DNA of 64,000 nt from a virus, in IMG/VR virus record IMGVR_UViG_3300023179_000035, positions 1 through 64,000 of that record; one strand, 5' to 3'. The position numbers were made by a program, and so were the translations under genes. This document shows positions 1 to 10,562 of the stretch, piece after piece; the first letter of the stretch is position 1, and every line of letters starts with the position of its first letter. A model generated the notes under the pieces. That model ran no database searches and was not told the DNA's origin. It was given only the letters and a program-made list of their open reading frames with translations.

Positions 1-10
1 CACCTACCAG

Positions 11-3000
11 TTGCTGCAAGCCGCCACCCAGACAGCCGCCGACTCCCAGGCCTCAAAGAACAAGGGCGTCATGAGCGGGGAGGTCAAGAAGATAAAGGAC
101 AAGCTTATCGACACGATAGGCTCAGCCAACGTCGCGAAGCAGTCCCTGCTGCAGAACAAGGAGTTCTACCTCGCTACGCCCGACGCGTCGGGCATAATAC
201 AGTACCTTAAGCAGCTGTCCCCCGTAGACATAAGCAGTGTGACATCGACCAAGGCATACCTGCAGTACCTCTCCATTTTGCAGGCCGCCATGCTAGACGG
301 CGTCGTCATCAATTTAGACTTTGACAAGTCTGCCGACTACTCCCACCCGCTAAGGCTCGTCTTTCCAAGCGCTTATTCTATAAAGCCGAGCGCTTACACG
401 GCGGCGGGGCTGCTAGACTCTTTGAACCAGCCAAACTCAGGTCTGATTATTGGTGTCGGAGGCGGGCCGCCGGCTGACGTGCCTAACTCTTACATTCCAA
501 TAACAGCCCAAATGAACGACATACTGTCGCTGGCGCCGCAGTATGACATGTACTCTCTCTTCGACTTCATAGCACAGGAGCTGCTGTACTCTTATAACGT
601 CAACCAAAAGGTCAACTATTCCTTCGTCCAGAAGGTGCTGCAGATGTCTAAGGCGGGGACGTCGAACGTTGTCGCTAGGTCACCAGAGTGCCAGCTGGAC
701 GCCTTGGCCTATGCACAAGATTCAGTCAGCGGCATGGGGGTCCTGATATTTGAAGATAACGACATAAGGTACAACCAGCTAGTCCTAGAGTCAGGGGCTT
801 ACTACCTCGTTGACAGCATCTTTGACACAGTCGACGAGGCTGGCCTCAACAGCGACGTGGTCGACAGGTTCAACAAGTACATGAGCGACCTGGACTCTGC
901 CTCTAAGTCGCTAGACAGCCTCATGAAGCTAGAGGACACATCGCGGTTGGACCCGAGGTACGACGGCTATTACATCGATCCGGTCAAAAAAGTGATGGAC
1001 ACGCTCTTCGGTGGTTCCACGCCAACGGGGGTGACATTCAGCCAGGTGCAGGCCAAAGAAGCAATCATGTCAGTCTTTCGGCTCGCCTCCGGCAACAGCG
1101 GCGTCCGCAACTACCTTTTCATGTTGGCGTACCTCGCGTCCGTCGGCAACACGGGAGAGCTGTTTGACAAGTTCTGGTCGTCTCTGGTCAGCCTCATCAA
1201 GTCTTACTCCGGCTTGGACGACAAGACGTCGACCGCTGTGTCAGGCCTGAACTTAGACAGCCCAACCATCGCGACATTTGACTCTAGCGCTAGTCCTGAC
1301 GGTGTGCATGTCGCCAGCACAGCTGGGTACCTCGCAGAGCTGCTGACTAACAACCCGTCGCTAGGCGTCCAGTACGGCATCGATGTGGACCAGGCTAACA
1401 AGGCCAAGAAAGTGCTCTATAGGCCTTACACAGGCGAGGGCAGGGTAGAGTCTACGCAGGCCGGACTGCAGGCAGCCGACTACCAGAGCCTCGGCATAGA
1501 CCCAACACAGACAAAGGTCTGGTGGGTAGACGACGTGAAGAACGTCGTTGTCATCCACTGCTCTGACTACGTGGCCCACTTCATCGACAACATTCCGAAG
1601 ATAGACATGATCAACATGGCCTACCAGCTTGACACTGGGCTGTGGGCCGACCATGACACTCGTATCACTCCAAAGGACTTATTAAAGTACCTGAAGCCTG
1701 ACGGAGCTATCATGGATGTTGTCAAGCAGAACCTGGGCGGCGGCACCCTGTACTTCTACCTCGACAAGGAGTCTTTCTTCGCCTCCGAGAGCGTCGCGGC
1801 GATCGTCAACATGCTGCGCGACTTGCAGCAAGTCTGCAGCCAGACAATGACAGCCGGCAAGAGCAAGTACAGGGGTATAACAGACGTCCAGGTCCTAGCC
1901 TGGTTCTTTGACCTCGTCTGCAAGTGTTTCTCTTGCTACCCGTCCCGACTGACTGGTTACGTCGACGTCAAGGAGTCATTTTCGGGGCCCGACACTGCCA
2001 TCACGGGCCTCGTGCCGTTTCTGCTGACCTACAGCCAGGACTCGCCCGACGCAGACATCACCAAGTCTTTCTGCCCCCGTGGGCTGCTGGCCAGCAAGGC
2101 GCAAAAATCGTCGACATCAAACGAGGCGGTGTGCCTCACGATGATGCAGAACCTAAACGACAACATAAAGAAGGTCTACTCGTCGCTCGACTCCTTCTCT
2201 TCTAACCTGTTTGGCAAAGACAACATCTTTACGCTGCTGCTGCCGCCACCGCCTGCCAAGCCGTTCCTTGACACCGCCACATTCACAAGCTTTTTCAAGG
2301 ACTCCCAGATAGAGCTGCTGCTCACGCGGATTGACGATTTCTCATCGAGGATCGGCGCCGCGTCGGGCTTCAGCGCCATCGACTCTGGAGTCATTAACGC
2401 CCCCGCGCGGAACATGCTCTACAGGTTCCTTGGTAAGCACCCAGACTCTGACGTGTCTCGCCTCGCAGGTGCTTCTGTCCTGTCAGTGGCGCTGCCAGTC
2501 GGCTTCATGAAATCTTCGGCGGTAGACATAACCAATATCGCTAGCGTCACGCAGCTACAGCCGAAGAGGAAGTCGATCGTCAAGGTCGTCGTAGTCAAGA
2601 AGGACGAGATGAACCCAGACGTCGTGTGGCTCCCGAAGGTCTACCTGTTCGACATGTCCCTGCAACACAGCTTGGACTACAGCCTGATCGTAGAGCCTCC
2701 CGCCTTTTCAACAACAATAAACAAGGGACCAAAGTACAAGGGCGAGCTGACAGGAATACCGCTGCGTGACTATACATTTGGGCCAGGTCCATACTACCAG
2801 CTGCCAGAAGCTACGCCATACAGCTTCCTGTCAGCCGACGAGAAGGACTCGTTGCTGAGAAATCACTTCGAGAGCTACATGCTAGACGCATACCTGTCTA
2901 CTTACACTGGCTTCTCATTCAACGAGCAGTCTATGGTCGACGTGGCGACGCTGCGGCAGGTCAGCGACATAAAGGACCAGTCAGGCATAGCCTTGAAGTT

Positions 3001-3307
3001 GCTAGCAGACCCGCTAGCGTCTGACCCAGCCGCGGGCGGCAGGGTGAAGAAGATGACGAAGGCCAACAGCAACGTCATGGATGACACTGCCCTGAAGAAG
3101 TACCTGCTGTCCCCTCGGCTGTTTGACAGGGTCTTCCACGTCATTGTGGACCCTAACAGCTTCGAGGTCGACGACTCGCTAACGCCGTACACGGTATGGA
3201 ACAACTGGCAATCATTCCTGTCCCAGTATGGAAATACAGCCCTCAATATAGGCATCCCAGCCATAGCTCAATTTCAGGTGTTCGTAGTCCCATACCAGGC
3301 TATTTAG
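11..3307 (+). CDS. Large hypothetical protein, probably virion structural; 5'-truncated
   Basis: 1098-aa ORF; the frame is open to the window edge; it precedes baseplate-like genes; no recognisable enzyme motif. Confidence 0.6.
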   Translation: MLQAATQTAADSQASKNKGVMSGEVKKIKDKLIDTIGSANVAKQSLLQNKEFYLATPDASGIIQYLKQLSPVDISSVTSTKAYLQYLSILQAAMLDGVVINLDFDKSADYSHPLRLVFPSAYSIKPSAYTAAGLLDSLNQPNSGLIIGVGGGPPADVPNSYIPITAQMNDILSLAPQYDMYSLFDFIAQELLYSYNVNQKVNYSFVQKVLQMSKAGTSNVVARSPECQLDALAYAQDSVSGMGVLIFEDNDIRYNQLVLESGAYYLVDSIFDTVDEAGLNSDVVDRFNKYMSDLDSASKSLDSLMKLEDTSRLDPRYDGYYIDPVKKVMDTLFGGSTPTGVTFSQVQAKEAIMSVFRLASGNSGVRNYLFMLAYLASVGNTGELFDKFWSSLVSLIKSYSGLDDKTSTAVSGLNLDSPTIATFDSSASPDGVHVASTAGYLAELLTNNPSLGVQYGIDVDQANKAKKVLYRPYTGEGRVESTQAGLQAADYQSLGIDPTQTKVWWVDDVKNVVVIHCSDYVAHFIDNIPKIDMINMAYQLDTGLWADHDTRITPKDLLKYLKPDGAIMDVVKQNLGGGTLYFYLDKESFFASESVAAIVNMLRDLQQVCSQTMTAGKSKYRGITDVQVLAWFFDLVCKCFSCYPSRLTGYVDVKESFSGPDTAITGLVPFLLTYSQDSPDADITKSFCPRGLLASKAQKSSTSNEAVCLTMMQNLNDNIKKVYSSLDSFSSNLFGKDNIFTLLLPPPPAKPFLDTATFTSFFKDSQIELLLTRIDDFSSRIGAASGFSAIDSGVINAPARNMLYRFLGKHPDSDVSRLAGASVLSVALPVGFMKSSAVDITNIASVTQLQPKRKSIVKVVVVKKDEMNPDVVWLPKVYLFDMSLQHSLDYSLIVEPPAFSTTINKGPKYKGELTGIPLRDYTFGPGPYYQLPEATPYSFLSADEKDSLLRNHFESYMLDAYLSTYTGFSFNEQSMVDVATLRQVSDIKDQSGIALKLLADPLASDPAAGGRVKKMTKANSNVMDDTALKKYLLSPRLFDRVFHVIVDPNSFEVDDSLTPYTVWNNWQSFLSQYGNTALNIGIPAIAQFQVFVVPYQAI

Positions 3308-3320
3308 TACAGTGAAATAA

Positions 3321-5165
3321 ATGGCGAAGCCACCACTAATACCCAGCCCGTCTGTCAACCAGACTCCACCGCCGAACATCATAAATACTTTCGCTCCTAT
3401 AGCCGGGAAGAAGAAAGGCGTCAGCGTCAATGACCTCACAGGCTTTCCGCCGTCCGAGGACTGTTATAAGTTTATACTTGTTAGCCCAGCCAGCCCGACG
3501 GCCGATTTCTATTACAACTATTTTGTAAGAGACGAGAGGGTGAAGGGCGACCCCATACAGCAGGACAAAGTCCCACAGGACAGGGCGAAGAAGCGAGTCT
3601 TCCTACAGAAGAAGCCGAGGTACGTCAAGCTGTCCTTCAGCACGCCGTATCCAGGACAGTCAAAGAAGATAGCCGGCGGCATCGAGCAGTACGCCTCCAA
3701 GATAGTGCAGAACAACGGCAACACAGACTTCCTGAGCGTCGTCTTCCAGGACTTCAACGTCTTAGACAGCCTCAGAAAGAACTTGAAGGACTCATTCCCA
3801 GGGGCAGAAGCCGACCAGAAGAAGAAGGCTATATCGGACCTCGTCACCAACTCATCAGCACCGCTCAACTCCTACTTCCTTAGCACTCTCGCAGCTGTCC
3901 CAGACGACCCAGAGGCGTCCACGGTGCAGGTCGGGAATGAGACAGTGTCGTTCAACCCTTACTCTGACCTGGGCAAGGAGTCTCTGATTAGCAGCATCAA
4001 CAACAAGTTCTACGAGGTCATGCTGACAGTCGCGTCTATGGACACCTACTCTGACCACTACGACACGCCGCAGGCGAGCTCGGTCGTGACGCAGCAGAAA
4101 AACTACGGTTACTTCGCTGACCCATACACCATTGCCGAGCCGCTTAACAGCAAGAACAATTACACTGAGCTGCTTCTTGCCGGCTACCAGGTAGACAGGT
4201 ATGTCGTCGATGACAGCGGCATAATGAGCTACCAGAAGTCTATCATCTTAGACCAAGACGATTCGGCCAAGTCCATTATCTACTATGACACAGACGTGCT
4301 GTACGGCGTTACGTACGTCTATGCTGTCAAGGCGATCTATGACGCCAAGCTGGTGCTCAGAGATGTCACTGCAGGTGGATATGTCACCGCCCGCTACCTG
4401 GTCGGCTCCCGTCACTCTGACTTCACTCAGGTACAGTGCGTCAAACAGCACACCCCGCCGCCGCCGGGAGACATCAGGTTCATGTGGGACCCAAAGGAGT
4501 CTGGGCTCTTCATCTCCTGGTGCACGCCAATGAACTCTATGAGGGACGTCAAGGGCTTCAAGGTCTTTAAGAGGTCCAGCATCAATGAGCCCTACCAGAT
4601 GGTGAAGATGTTCGACTTCAATGACGCGTACAACAGGTACCCGCTGCCTGACTTTCTCGCTAACAGTGGCGTAGTCCAGGTGGTGCCGGATACCGACTCA
4701 GGTGACAAGCTGCCTGTCATTTCTTGGTATGACCACGACTTTGACCCATACGGCGTCCAGATGTACGCCCTGGTCTCCTACACGGCCCACAACTATGACT
4801 CCACGCTCTCGGCCCAGTTCCAGGTCACTTATAACCAAGTGACGGGCAGGGCCGAGATGGAGCTCGTATCGAGGCAGGGGGCGCCCCTCGCCTATCCAAA
4901 CATCTACGTCAACAGGTCGTCTCTCTTCGTCAATACGATGGTGTCAGACGGCATGGACAGGTTGCGAATATACTTCGACCCCGCGGCCCGCAGGGCGGTA
5001 AAGAAGTCGAACGGATCCCAGAAGTCTGCCGAGGACCTGTACTTTGCCTACGACCCGCTCGCCAAGACGGGTAGGTATGTCCTCAATATCACGAACCTAG
5101 ACCTGCTGAAGCACACGCAGGTCGACGTTAAAATACTCAACTTAGAAATATCTCAGATTGTGTGA
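3321..5165 (+). CDS. Putative virion protein with fibronectin type III-like domains
   Basis: Motifs YYDTDVLYGVTYVYAVKA and PPPPGDIRFMW...ISW..P...GFKVFKR resemble FN3 repeats. Confidence 0.55.
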   Translation: MAKPPLIPSPSVNQTPPPNIINTFAPIAGKKKGVSVNDLTGFPPSEDCYKFILVSPASPTADFYYNYFVRDERVKGDPIQQDKVPQDRAKKRVFLQKKPRYVKLSFSTPYPGQSKKIAGGIEQYASKIVQNNGNTDFLSVVFQDFNVLDSLRKNLKDSFPGAEADQKKKAISDLVTNSSAPLNSYFLSTLAAVPDDPEASTVQVGNETVSFNPYSDLGKESLISSINNKFYEVMLTVASMDTYSDHYDTPQASSVVTQQKNYGYFADPYTIAEPLNSKNNYTELLLAGYQVDRYVVDDSGIMSYQKSIILDQDDSAKSIIYYDTDVLYGVTYVYAVKAIYDAKLVLRDVTAGGYVTARYLVGSRHSDFTQVQCVKQHTPPPPGDIRFMWDPKESGLFISWCTPMNSMRDVKGFKVFKRSSINEPYQMVKMFDFNDAYNRYPLPDFLANSGVVQVVPDTDSGDKLPVISWYDHDFDPYGVQMYALVSYTAHNYDSTLSAQFQVTYNQVTGRAEMELVSRQGAPLAYPNIYVNRSSLFVNTMVSDGMDRLRIYFDPAARRAVKKSNGSQKSAEDLYFAYDPLAKTGRYVLNITNLDLLKHTQVDVKILNLEISQIV

Positions 5166-5224
5166 GGCGTGATTTATGTGTCAGACTTTCGCTGTAGGAT
5201 TATTTAGCGTGAAGGACTAGAGGC

Positions 5225-5926
5225 ATGGGATTCCTAGACAACACAACGAGCAACATCATACTTGACGCTGTGCTGACCGACGTCGGCAGGCAGTTCCTTG
5301 CGCGCAATGACGGATCGTTCTCGGTCTTTCAGTTCGGCATGGGAGACGATGAGGTCGACTATGGCCTCATAAAGAAGTACGGCAGGACGGTCGGCAAGGA
5401 GAAGATACAGAAGAACACTCCCGTCTTTGAGGCCCTGACGAACCAGGACTACGCCCTCAAGTACCACCTTGTCATGATCAACAACCAGGGCCTCACCTAC
5501 CTCCCAACTATCAACCTGGTGGGCAGTCAGACGTTCTACCAGCTTAAGATCTCGTCAGGTGGCACCTCAGCCTCTAGCGCCACTGTGCAGCTGAAGACAT
5601 CGAACGGCCTGGGCGGCAACATTGACGTAGACCTACAGGACACGAGCTTCTTCCTTGAGATGTCGAACCTCTTCCTGCAGACATCGCAGAGCTCAAGCGC
5701 CACCCTCCTGTCGGTCGACGGCAAGCAGCGCGCCCTATACTCGCTCATAGCAGGCACCGCTAGCCCAGACGGCACAGTGACCGTCAGCTTCACGCTAGCC
5801 CCCAGAACCATCAGCGCGGCGATGTTCAACGTCTACGGGGTCAACGGCACCATCACCACGTACGTCAAGGTGACAGGCAACAACTCTGGTGTGACGGCGG
5901 AGTTCCCAGTCAAGATCACACAGTAA
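5225..5926 (+). CDS. Putative baseplate wedge or tail-collar protein
   Basis: N-terminus LDAVLTDVGRQFLAR...F.FGMGDDEVDY recalled as typical of large-phage baseplate/collar proteins; AAGGA SD and TTATTTA motif upstream. Confidence 0.6.
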   Translation: MGFLDNTTSNIILDAVLTDVGRQFLARNDGSFSVFQFGMGDDEVDYGLIKKYGRTVGKEKIQKNTPVFEALTNQDYALKYHLVMINNQGLTYLPTINLVGSQTFYQLKISSGGTSASSATVQLKTSNGLGGNIDVDLQDTSFFLEMSNLFLQTSQSSSATLLSVDGKQRALYSLIAGTASPDGTVTVSFTLAPRTISAAMFNVYGVNGTITTYVKVTGNNSGVTAEFPVKITQ

Positions 5927-5944
5927 GGGCTAGGATACAGAAAA

Positions 5945-7117
5945 ATGCCATTATTCAAACAGTTCGACGCTGCCGACATCAAGACGGCTAGGTCCTTCCT
6001 CAACCAGCTCATAGACGTCTTAGAGGAGAGCGTGAGTGGCTCTTCTAACCGGAGGTCCTACCAACACTTCGTGACAGGTGGGATTGGCCTTGGAGTAACG
6101 TCTTCCCTCTACCAGACGGTCTACGACCAGGACTTCACGCTGCAGACTGCCAACCCAATCTTCGATGTAACAGTAGGATTAAACCCGAACGGCAGCACAG
6201 TCTCAGGTTCGAAGACAGGAGTCGACGCCGCCGGCAAGGAGCTGTTCCCGTCACAGTCTCTCATGATGAGAGAGAAGATGGACATCTACAGGCAGTTCGC
6301 GAAGACGCTGCTCGGGTCACCTGACTCAGAGTTTGAGTTTGACTCAACGAAGGTCGACTCGGCCATGTTCATGGCCTTCCGGAGGCTGTTCTCTAGGGAC
6401 GGCATCAAGAACCAGACTTTCGCGATGCGCATGTACGCGTCGGCCTCCAGCGGCTCTAATAACGCGCCAAACACCAACTACACCTCGGTATCTGGCTCGA
6501 CTTACTACACAGACTTTGGCTCTGCCATATCGAAGCAGTCTGGCCCCGGAGGGATGTTCTCCAGCGTCGTCGACGCTTCTAACAAGACACGGACAGTGGG
6601 CCAGATATTCTACGACAGAGGCATCGTGGTCTACGACCTCAACAAGATCATCAAGGGAAACGAACACGTCACAGGCACTATCAAGGCCATGAGCCCAATA
6701 GGCATAGGCCAGATAGGCAACGCGGGCGGCAACCCAAGCGCGACTTTCATACCAGACCTTATGGTGTCTGGGTCCATAGACGACATCGTCGACTGCCTTT
6801 GCTCTACGAGGTTTAGCTCCGGCTCCCTGTCGACGGTTACTTTCCAGAACATCACAAACATCAACTCCACCCTAGTCTTCTGCAAGGCGGCCGCCGACGA
6901 GTTTAACTACTCGCAGAACCCGACCTACGTCGACAACAACAACAGGATAGTCGTCATCGACCCAGGCCAGGAGGACGTCCAGCAGAGCTTTACTTTCGTG
7001 ACGACGATAGGGCTCTACGACCCTGTCGGTAACTTGCTGGCTGTCGCCAAGCTGTCACGTCCAGTAGAGAAGAGCTCTGAGAGGGACCTCACGTTCAGGG
7101 TTAGGCTGGACTTCTAA
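5945..7117 (+). CDS. Putative baseplate/tail structural protein
   Basis: C-terminal FNYSQNPTY...FVTTIGLYD...LLAVAKLSRPVEK module, shared with the next ORF. Confidence 0.6.
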   Translation: MPLFKQFDAADIKTARSFLNQLIDVLEESVSGSSNRRSYQHFVTGGIGLGVTSSLYQTVYDQDFTLQTANPIFDVTVGLNPNGSTVSGSKTGVDAAGKELFPSQSLMMREKMDIYRQFAKTLLGSPDSEFEFDSTKVDSAMFMAFRRLFSRDGIKNQTFAMRMYASASSGSNNAPNTNYTSVSGSTYYTDFGSAISKQSGPGGMFSSVVDASNKTRTVGQIFYDRGIVVYDLNKIIKGNEHVTGTIKAMSPIGIGQIGNAGGNPSATFIPDLMVSGSIDDIVDCLCSTRFSSGSLSTVTFQNITNINSTLVFCKAAADEFNYSQNPTYVDNNNRIVVIDPGQEDVQQSFTFVTTIGLYDPVGNLLAVAKLSRPVEKSSERDLTFRVRLDF

Positions 7118-7135
7118 GAAGGGCCCAGGGGGCAA

Positions 7136-9541
7136 ATGTCCGTCTTCTCCCTGCAGCCCTTCGACACCGAGGTGCTGTCTCTGGCGACCAACCACGAGAC
7201 GTACTTCGTCAGTAGCTCTGCCGGGGTGACGGGCTCTATCACCTACAACGCGAGGACATTTAAGTCTCTGAAGGAGCTGGCAGACCTACCGCCAGCTTTC
7301 ATCACAGACAACATATTTCAGGCCCAGCAGGACCTAGCCATAGCGGTGGCTGATCCGACTGTGCAAGACGTGACGTCCTACCTACAGCACTACTTCGACA
7401 AGGTCAACGAGCTGGAGTCGGCTGAGGTCGTGAAGGAGGTAGAGAGGCTGAAGCCCGCCTACATCGACGAGGACCCACCCATCAAAGTCATGGGAATGAA
7501 AGCAGTGCTCTCGTCCACGCTAATGCCCTACTACAGGGCGCAGCACGGCAGCTACGCCTACTCCTACTACAACTACTACTGCGTAAACTTCGTCTCGTCC
7601 AGCGGCTCGATCAAGTACTCTGGCATCGTTTATCCAAATGACGGGGGCCTGACGCCAACCGACAGCTTCAGCCTAGACTTTTACATAAACGTCAGGAGGC
7701 CGCCGTCAGACGTACCGCGGCCAGGCACCGTCCTGCACTTGTCTTCGTGCTACGCCATCAGCGTCGTGTCGGGCACGCACGTCAACTCTAGCGGCTACCT
7801 CGACAGCTACGGCCTGCTCCTGCAGCTGAGCCACAGCGCAGACATAGCGCCGCACGCCGCTTCAGCTGGACCGTTCCCGCAGGACCTCATCTTCAAGTTT
7901 GACGATGTCCTGCGGCAGGACGTGTGGCACCACGTCATCGTCAGGTGGGATCCGGCCATCGACAACGGGCTGGGCAACCTCCGCGTCGACGGCTTGGACG
8001 TCGGCAGCTTCTACGTGCCGTCCTCCTCCATAGCTTCTACTGCTGCGACGACGCCTGACGCCCTAGTGGTCGGCAATTACTACGACGGTGTCAACGATGC
8101 GACAGACGGACTGCGAACCTTCTTCTCAGCCGACGCCTCCACTGCCTACGGCGTCGTCCAGCTAGACGCAGCCACCGGAGTCGTCGAGCCGTCAAACTAC
8201 CTCTTCTCTCACCCAGGTTTCTTTGAGCTGCACGACCTGTCAGTCAAGGACTACTACGTAGACGACGACTTCACAGACGTCAGGTCGACGCCGACGACCC
8301 TGAGCGGCTGCGCCCTCTACGTGCCTCCATACTTTTACGAGGAGACGCCAGCCAGGTCGCCTGTCGTGATTGGCCTGACGACCCACGGCGGCGTGCCGTA
8401 TAGCCCAACGACTGCCGGGCAGGGTAGGACTTCGACGCCCCACAGCCTGTCGCTGTCGGACGGCTGTGGGACGCTTCACATGAACTTGGAGAATCACTTC
8501 AAGGACATGGTCACGGGAAGGCTGCCCAGGTTTGTAGGCCTCCACATGTCTACCGACAACGCCTACTACAATGACGAGCCGCCGGACGACGCTCGTACAT
8601 ACCTGGACTCTAACGACCAGCAGCTGACTGCTAGGAACTACACGCTGCTGCCCTGCGATGACGGCACCTTCACTCCGATACCCTCATTTTTCTCCTGCGA
8701 CGATAGGGTACAGCTGTACCTTGTCAGCGGCTCTGTGTCAGAAGTGACAGTCTCGCCTGGCACGTCTCAGGAGGCTGTCGTGGTACAGGGGACGACAAAG
8801 GCAGACCCACCGGCCGACTTTACCAATATCACATCAGAGCTGTTCCAGCTGCAGAAGGTCGACCAGGTGCTGGGCTTCAGCCCGCAGAAATACCTTCGGC
8901 CGCCCGGCCCCACTTTTAACTCATGGCTAACAGACACAGACCTGACAGACCCCTACTACGACAGGACGCAGCCGACTGCCATGTACTGGAAGTACCTGCA
9001 GAACAGCTCTAATGAGTTCATCGTCTTCAACGCTAGCAGCCTATTTTACGGCGACTCTATAGAGCCTGGCAGCGTTGAGGTGGTCGGGTCCGTCTTTGGA
9101 GACACTACATACCGCAGCATCGTCCTACGCGACGACTCTCGAGGTGTCGTCTACAGGGCGGACAGCGAGTCTGCGCCATTCATGCAGGGAGACGTCGGCA
9201 ACGTCTTCTACCCAGAGGGCGTCATCATGTTGAAGCACCCAGTGCTCAGCAACGTGGGCATGTGGTCCTTCAGCGTCAGGTTTAGGGGCAGCAGGAACGT
9301 GCACGTGTTCAAGATAGAGGCCATGGCCCCCCGCGGCATGGTAAACTCATCGTCCAATCCAAGCTACATACAGCTCGCCCCCACGGCCAACAACATCGAC
9401 GCCAACGAGAAGTTCGTCTACGTCAGCGGCGTCAACTTCCACGACGAGGACTTCAACATAGTGGCTCGCACGAAGCTAGCCCAGCCTGTCGTCAAGCGGC
9501 TATCCTCACGCATCATGGTGAAGAGCAAGATAGACTTCTGA
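7136..9541 (+). CDS. Putative baseplate/tail protein with LamG-like domain
   Basis: WHHVIVRWD...LRVDG (LamG-like); C-terminus NSSSNPSY...YVSGVNFHD...VARTKLAQPVVK is paralogous to 5945-7117. Confidence 0.6.
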   Translation: MSVFSLQPFDTEVLSLATNHETYFVSSSAGVTGSITYNARTFKSLKELADLPPAFITDNIFQAQQDLAIAVADPTVQDVTSYLQHYFDKVNELESAEVVKEVERLKPAYIDEDPPIKVMGMKAVLSSTLMPYYRAQHGSYAYSYYNYYCVNFVSSSGSIKYSGIVYPNDGGLTPTDSFSLDFYINVRRPPSDVPRPGTVLHLSSCYAISVVSGTHVNSSGYLDSYGLLLQLSHSADIAPHAASAGPFPQDLIFKFDDVLRQDVWHHVIVRWDPAIDNGLGNLRVDGLDVGSFYVPSSSIASTAATTPDALVVGNYYDGVNDATDGLRTFFSADASTAYGVVQLDAATGVVEPSNYLFSHPGFFELHDLSVKDYYVDDDFTDVRSTPTTLSGCALYVPPYFYEETPARSPVVIGLTTHGGVPYSPTTAGQGRTSTPHSLSLSDGCGTLHMNLENHFKDMVTGRLPRFVGLHMSTDNAYYNDEPPDDARTYLDSNDQQLTARNYTLLPCDDGTFTPIPSFFSCDDRVQLYLVSGSVSEVTVSPGTSQEAVVVQGTTKADPPADFTNITSELFQLQKVDQVLGFSPQKYLRPPGPTFNSWLTDTDLTDPYYDRTQPTAMYWKYLQNSSNEFIVFNASSLFYGDSIEPGSVEVVGSVFGDTTYRSIVLRDDSRGVVYRADSESAPFMQGDVGNVFYPEGVIMLKHPVLSNVGMWSFSVRFRGSRNVHVFKIEAMAPRGMVNSSSNPSYIQLAPTANNIDANEKFVYVSGVNFHDEDFNIVARTKLAQPVVKRLSSRIMVKSKIDF

Positions 9542-9936
9542 TGCCGCGTAGGAAGAAGAGGCGGGGGCACTACCACAGGGGCGAGTACACCTCGTCTAAG
9601 ACGCAGCAGGTCTGCAGGTACAGGTCAGGCTGGGAGCTGTCCCTAATGCAGTACCTGGACTCTGACCCGGCCACGGCCACCTGGTCCTACGAGTCAGTCG
9701 TGATAGAGTACGTCAGCAACGCCAGGACAGGCAAGAAGCGCAGGTACTTCCCCGACTTCTATGTTGAGACAGCCTCGGGAGAGCGCCAGCTCATTGAGGT
9801 GAAGCCGTCAAAGAAGCTCCGCCAGCTGGCGGTGGCCAAGAAGCTGTCTGCTGCAGGAGACTGGTGCAGGGACAACCAGGTGACGCTCAGAATAATAACT
9901 GAGGTGGAGCTGAAGGAGCTTGGGCTTCTGAAGTAG
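9541..9936 (+). CDS. TnsA-N/T4 gp4-like (head completion) PD-(D/E)XK endonuclease
   Basis: YRSGWE...WSYES...RYFPDF...IEVKP. Confidence 0.8.
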   Translation: MPRRKKRRGHYHRGEYTSSKTQQVCRYRSGWELSLMQYLDSDPATATWSYESVVIEYVSNARTGKKRRYFPDFYVETASGERQLIEVKPSKKLRQLAVAKKLSAAGDWCRDNQVTLRIITEVELKELGLLK

Positions 9937-9940
9937 GGAT

Positions 9941-9970
9941 TTTACTGGAAGCCCCCCAGTGTCGTAGAAT
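9941..9970 (+). promoter_or_regulatory. Sigma70-like promoter, probably leaderless, for the RuvC-like gene
   Basis: TTTACT-N18-TAGAAT ending 6 nt before the ATG at 9977; no SD. Confidence 0.55.
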
Positions 9971-9976
9971 ACGACA

Positions 9977-10537
9977 ATGAAACTGGTCCTCGGCCTCGAC
10001 GTGTCTACGTCAGTGACTGGTGTCTGCGTCGTGGACTCTGACGTGGCGCCTGACGATAGTGGGTCTCACATAGCCTACTTGGACCGCATCGAGTTCAAGG
10101 GATGCAAGACTTTCTTTGAGAAAGCTGACGCAGTCCGCTCGGCGCTCGTGGGCCTCTGCGAGGACAGAGGCTGGAAGCCAGAAATTTTTGCCCTAGAAGA
10201 GCCGCTGCTCGGCTTCCAAAAGGGCATGTCGTCCGCGGCGACGATCACCACGCTGATGCGGTTCAACGGCATCGTGTCGTACATCGGCCGCGACGTCTTT
10301 GGGGTTGACCCCGTCTACATCTCCTCTGCTCACGCTCGTAAGGTGTGCGGCATCAAGATGCAGCGGACCAAGGTCGCAGGCATGAGCGGCAAGGAGCAGG
10401 TCTTCAAGCACATGTCTGAACACGACCTGAAGCACGTCGCTTGGCCCGCCAAGAAGAACGGCTCGGCTGTCGACTGGAGCCGCGACGCCACCGACGCTTA
10501 CGTCATCGCCCGCGCCGCCTGCCTCGTGAACAAGTGA
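9977..10537 (+). CDS. RuvC-like Holliday junction resolvase
   Basis: VLGLDVSTSVTG, LEEP and DATDAYVIA acidic motifs of the RNase H fold. Confidence 0.85.
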   Translation: MKLVLGLDVSTSVTGVCVVDSDVAPDDSGSHIAYLDRIEFKGCKTFFEKADAVRSALVGLCEDRGWKPEIFALEEPLLGFQKGMSSAATITTLMRFNGIVSYIGRDVFGVDPVYISSAHARKVCGIKMQRTKVAGMSGKEQVFKHMSEHDLKHVAWPAKKNGSAVDWSRDATDAYVIARAACLVNK

Positions 10538-10562
10538 CGCGTCCAAGCCTTAAATTACGTGT

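Noticed and set aside
9541-9936. Tn7-like transposon suggested by TnsA-like domains
   Set aside because: No TnsB, TnsC or TniQ genes or transposon ends were seen; this fold is common in myoviruses as gp4 or as a homing nuclease.
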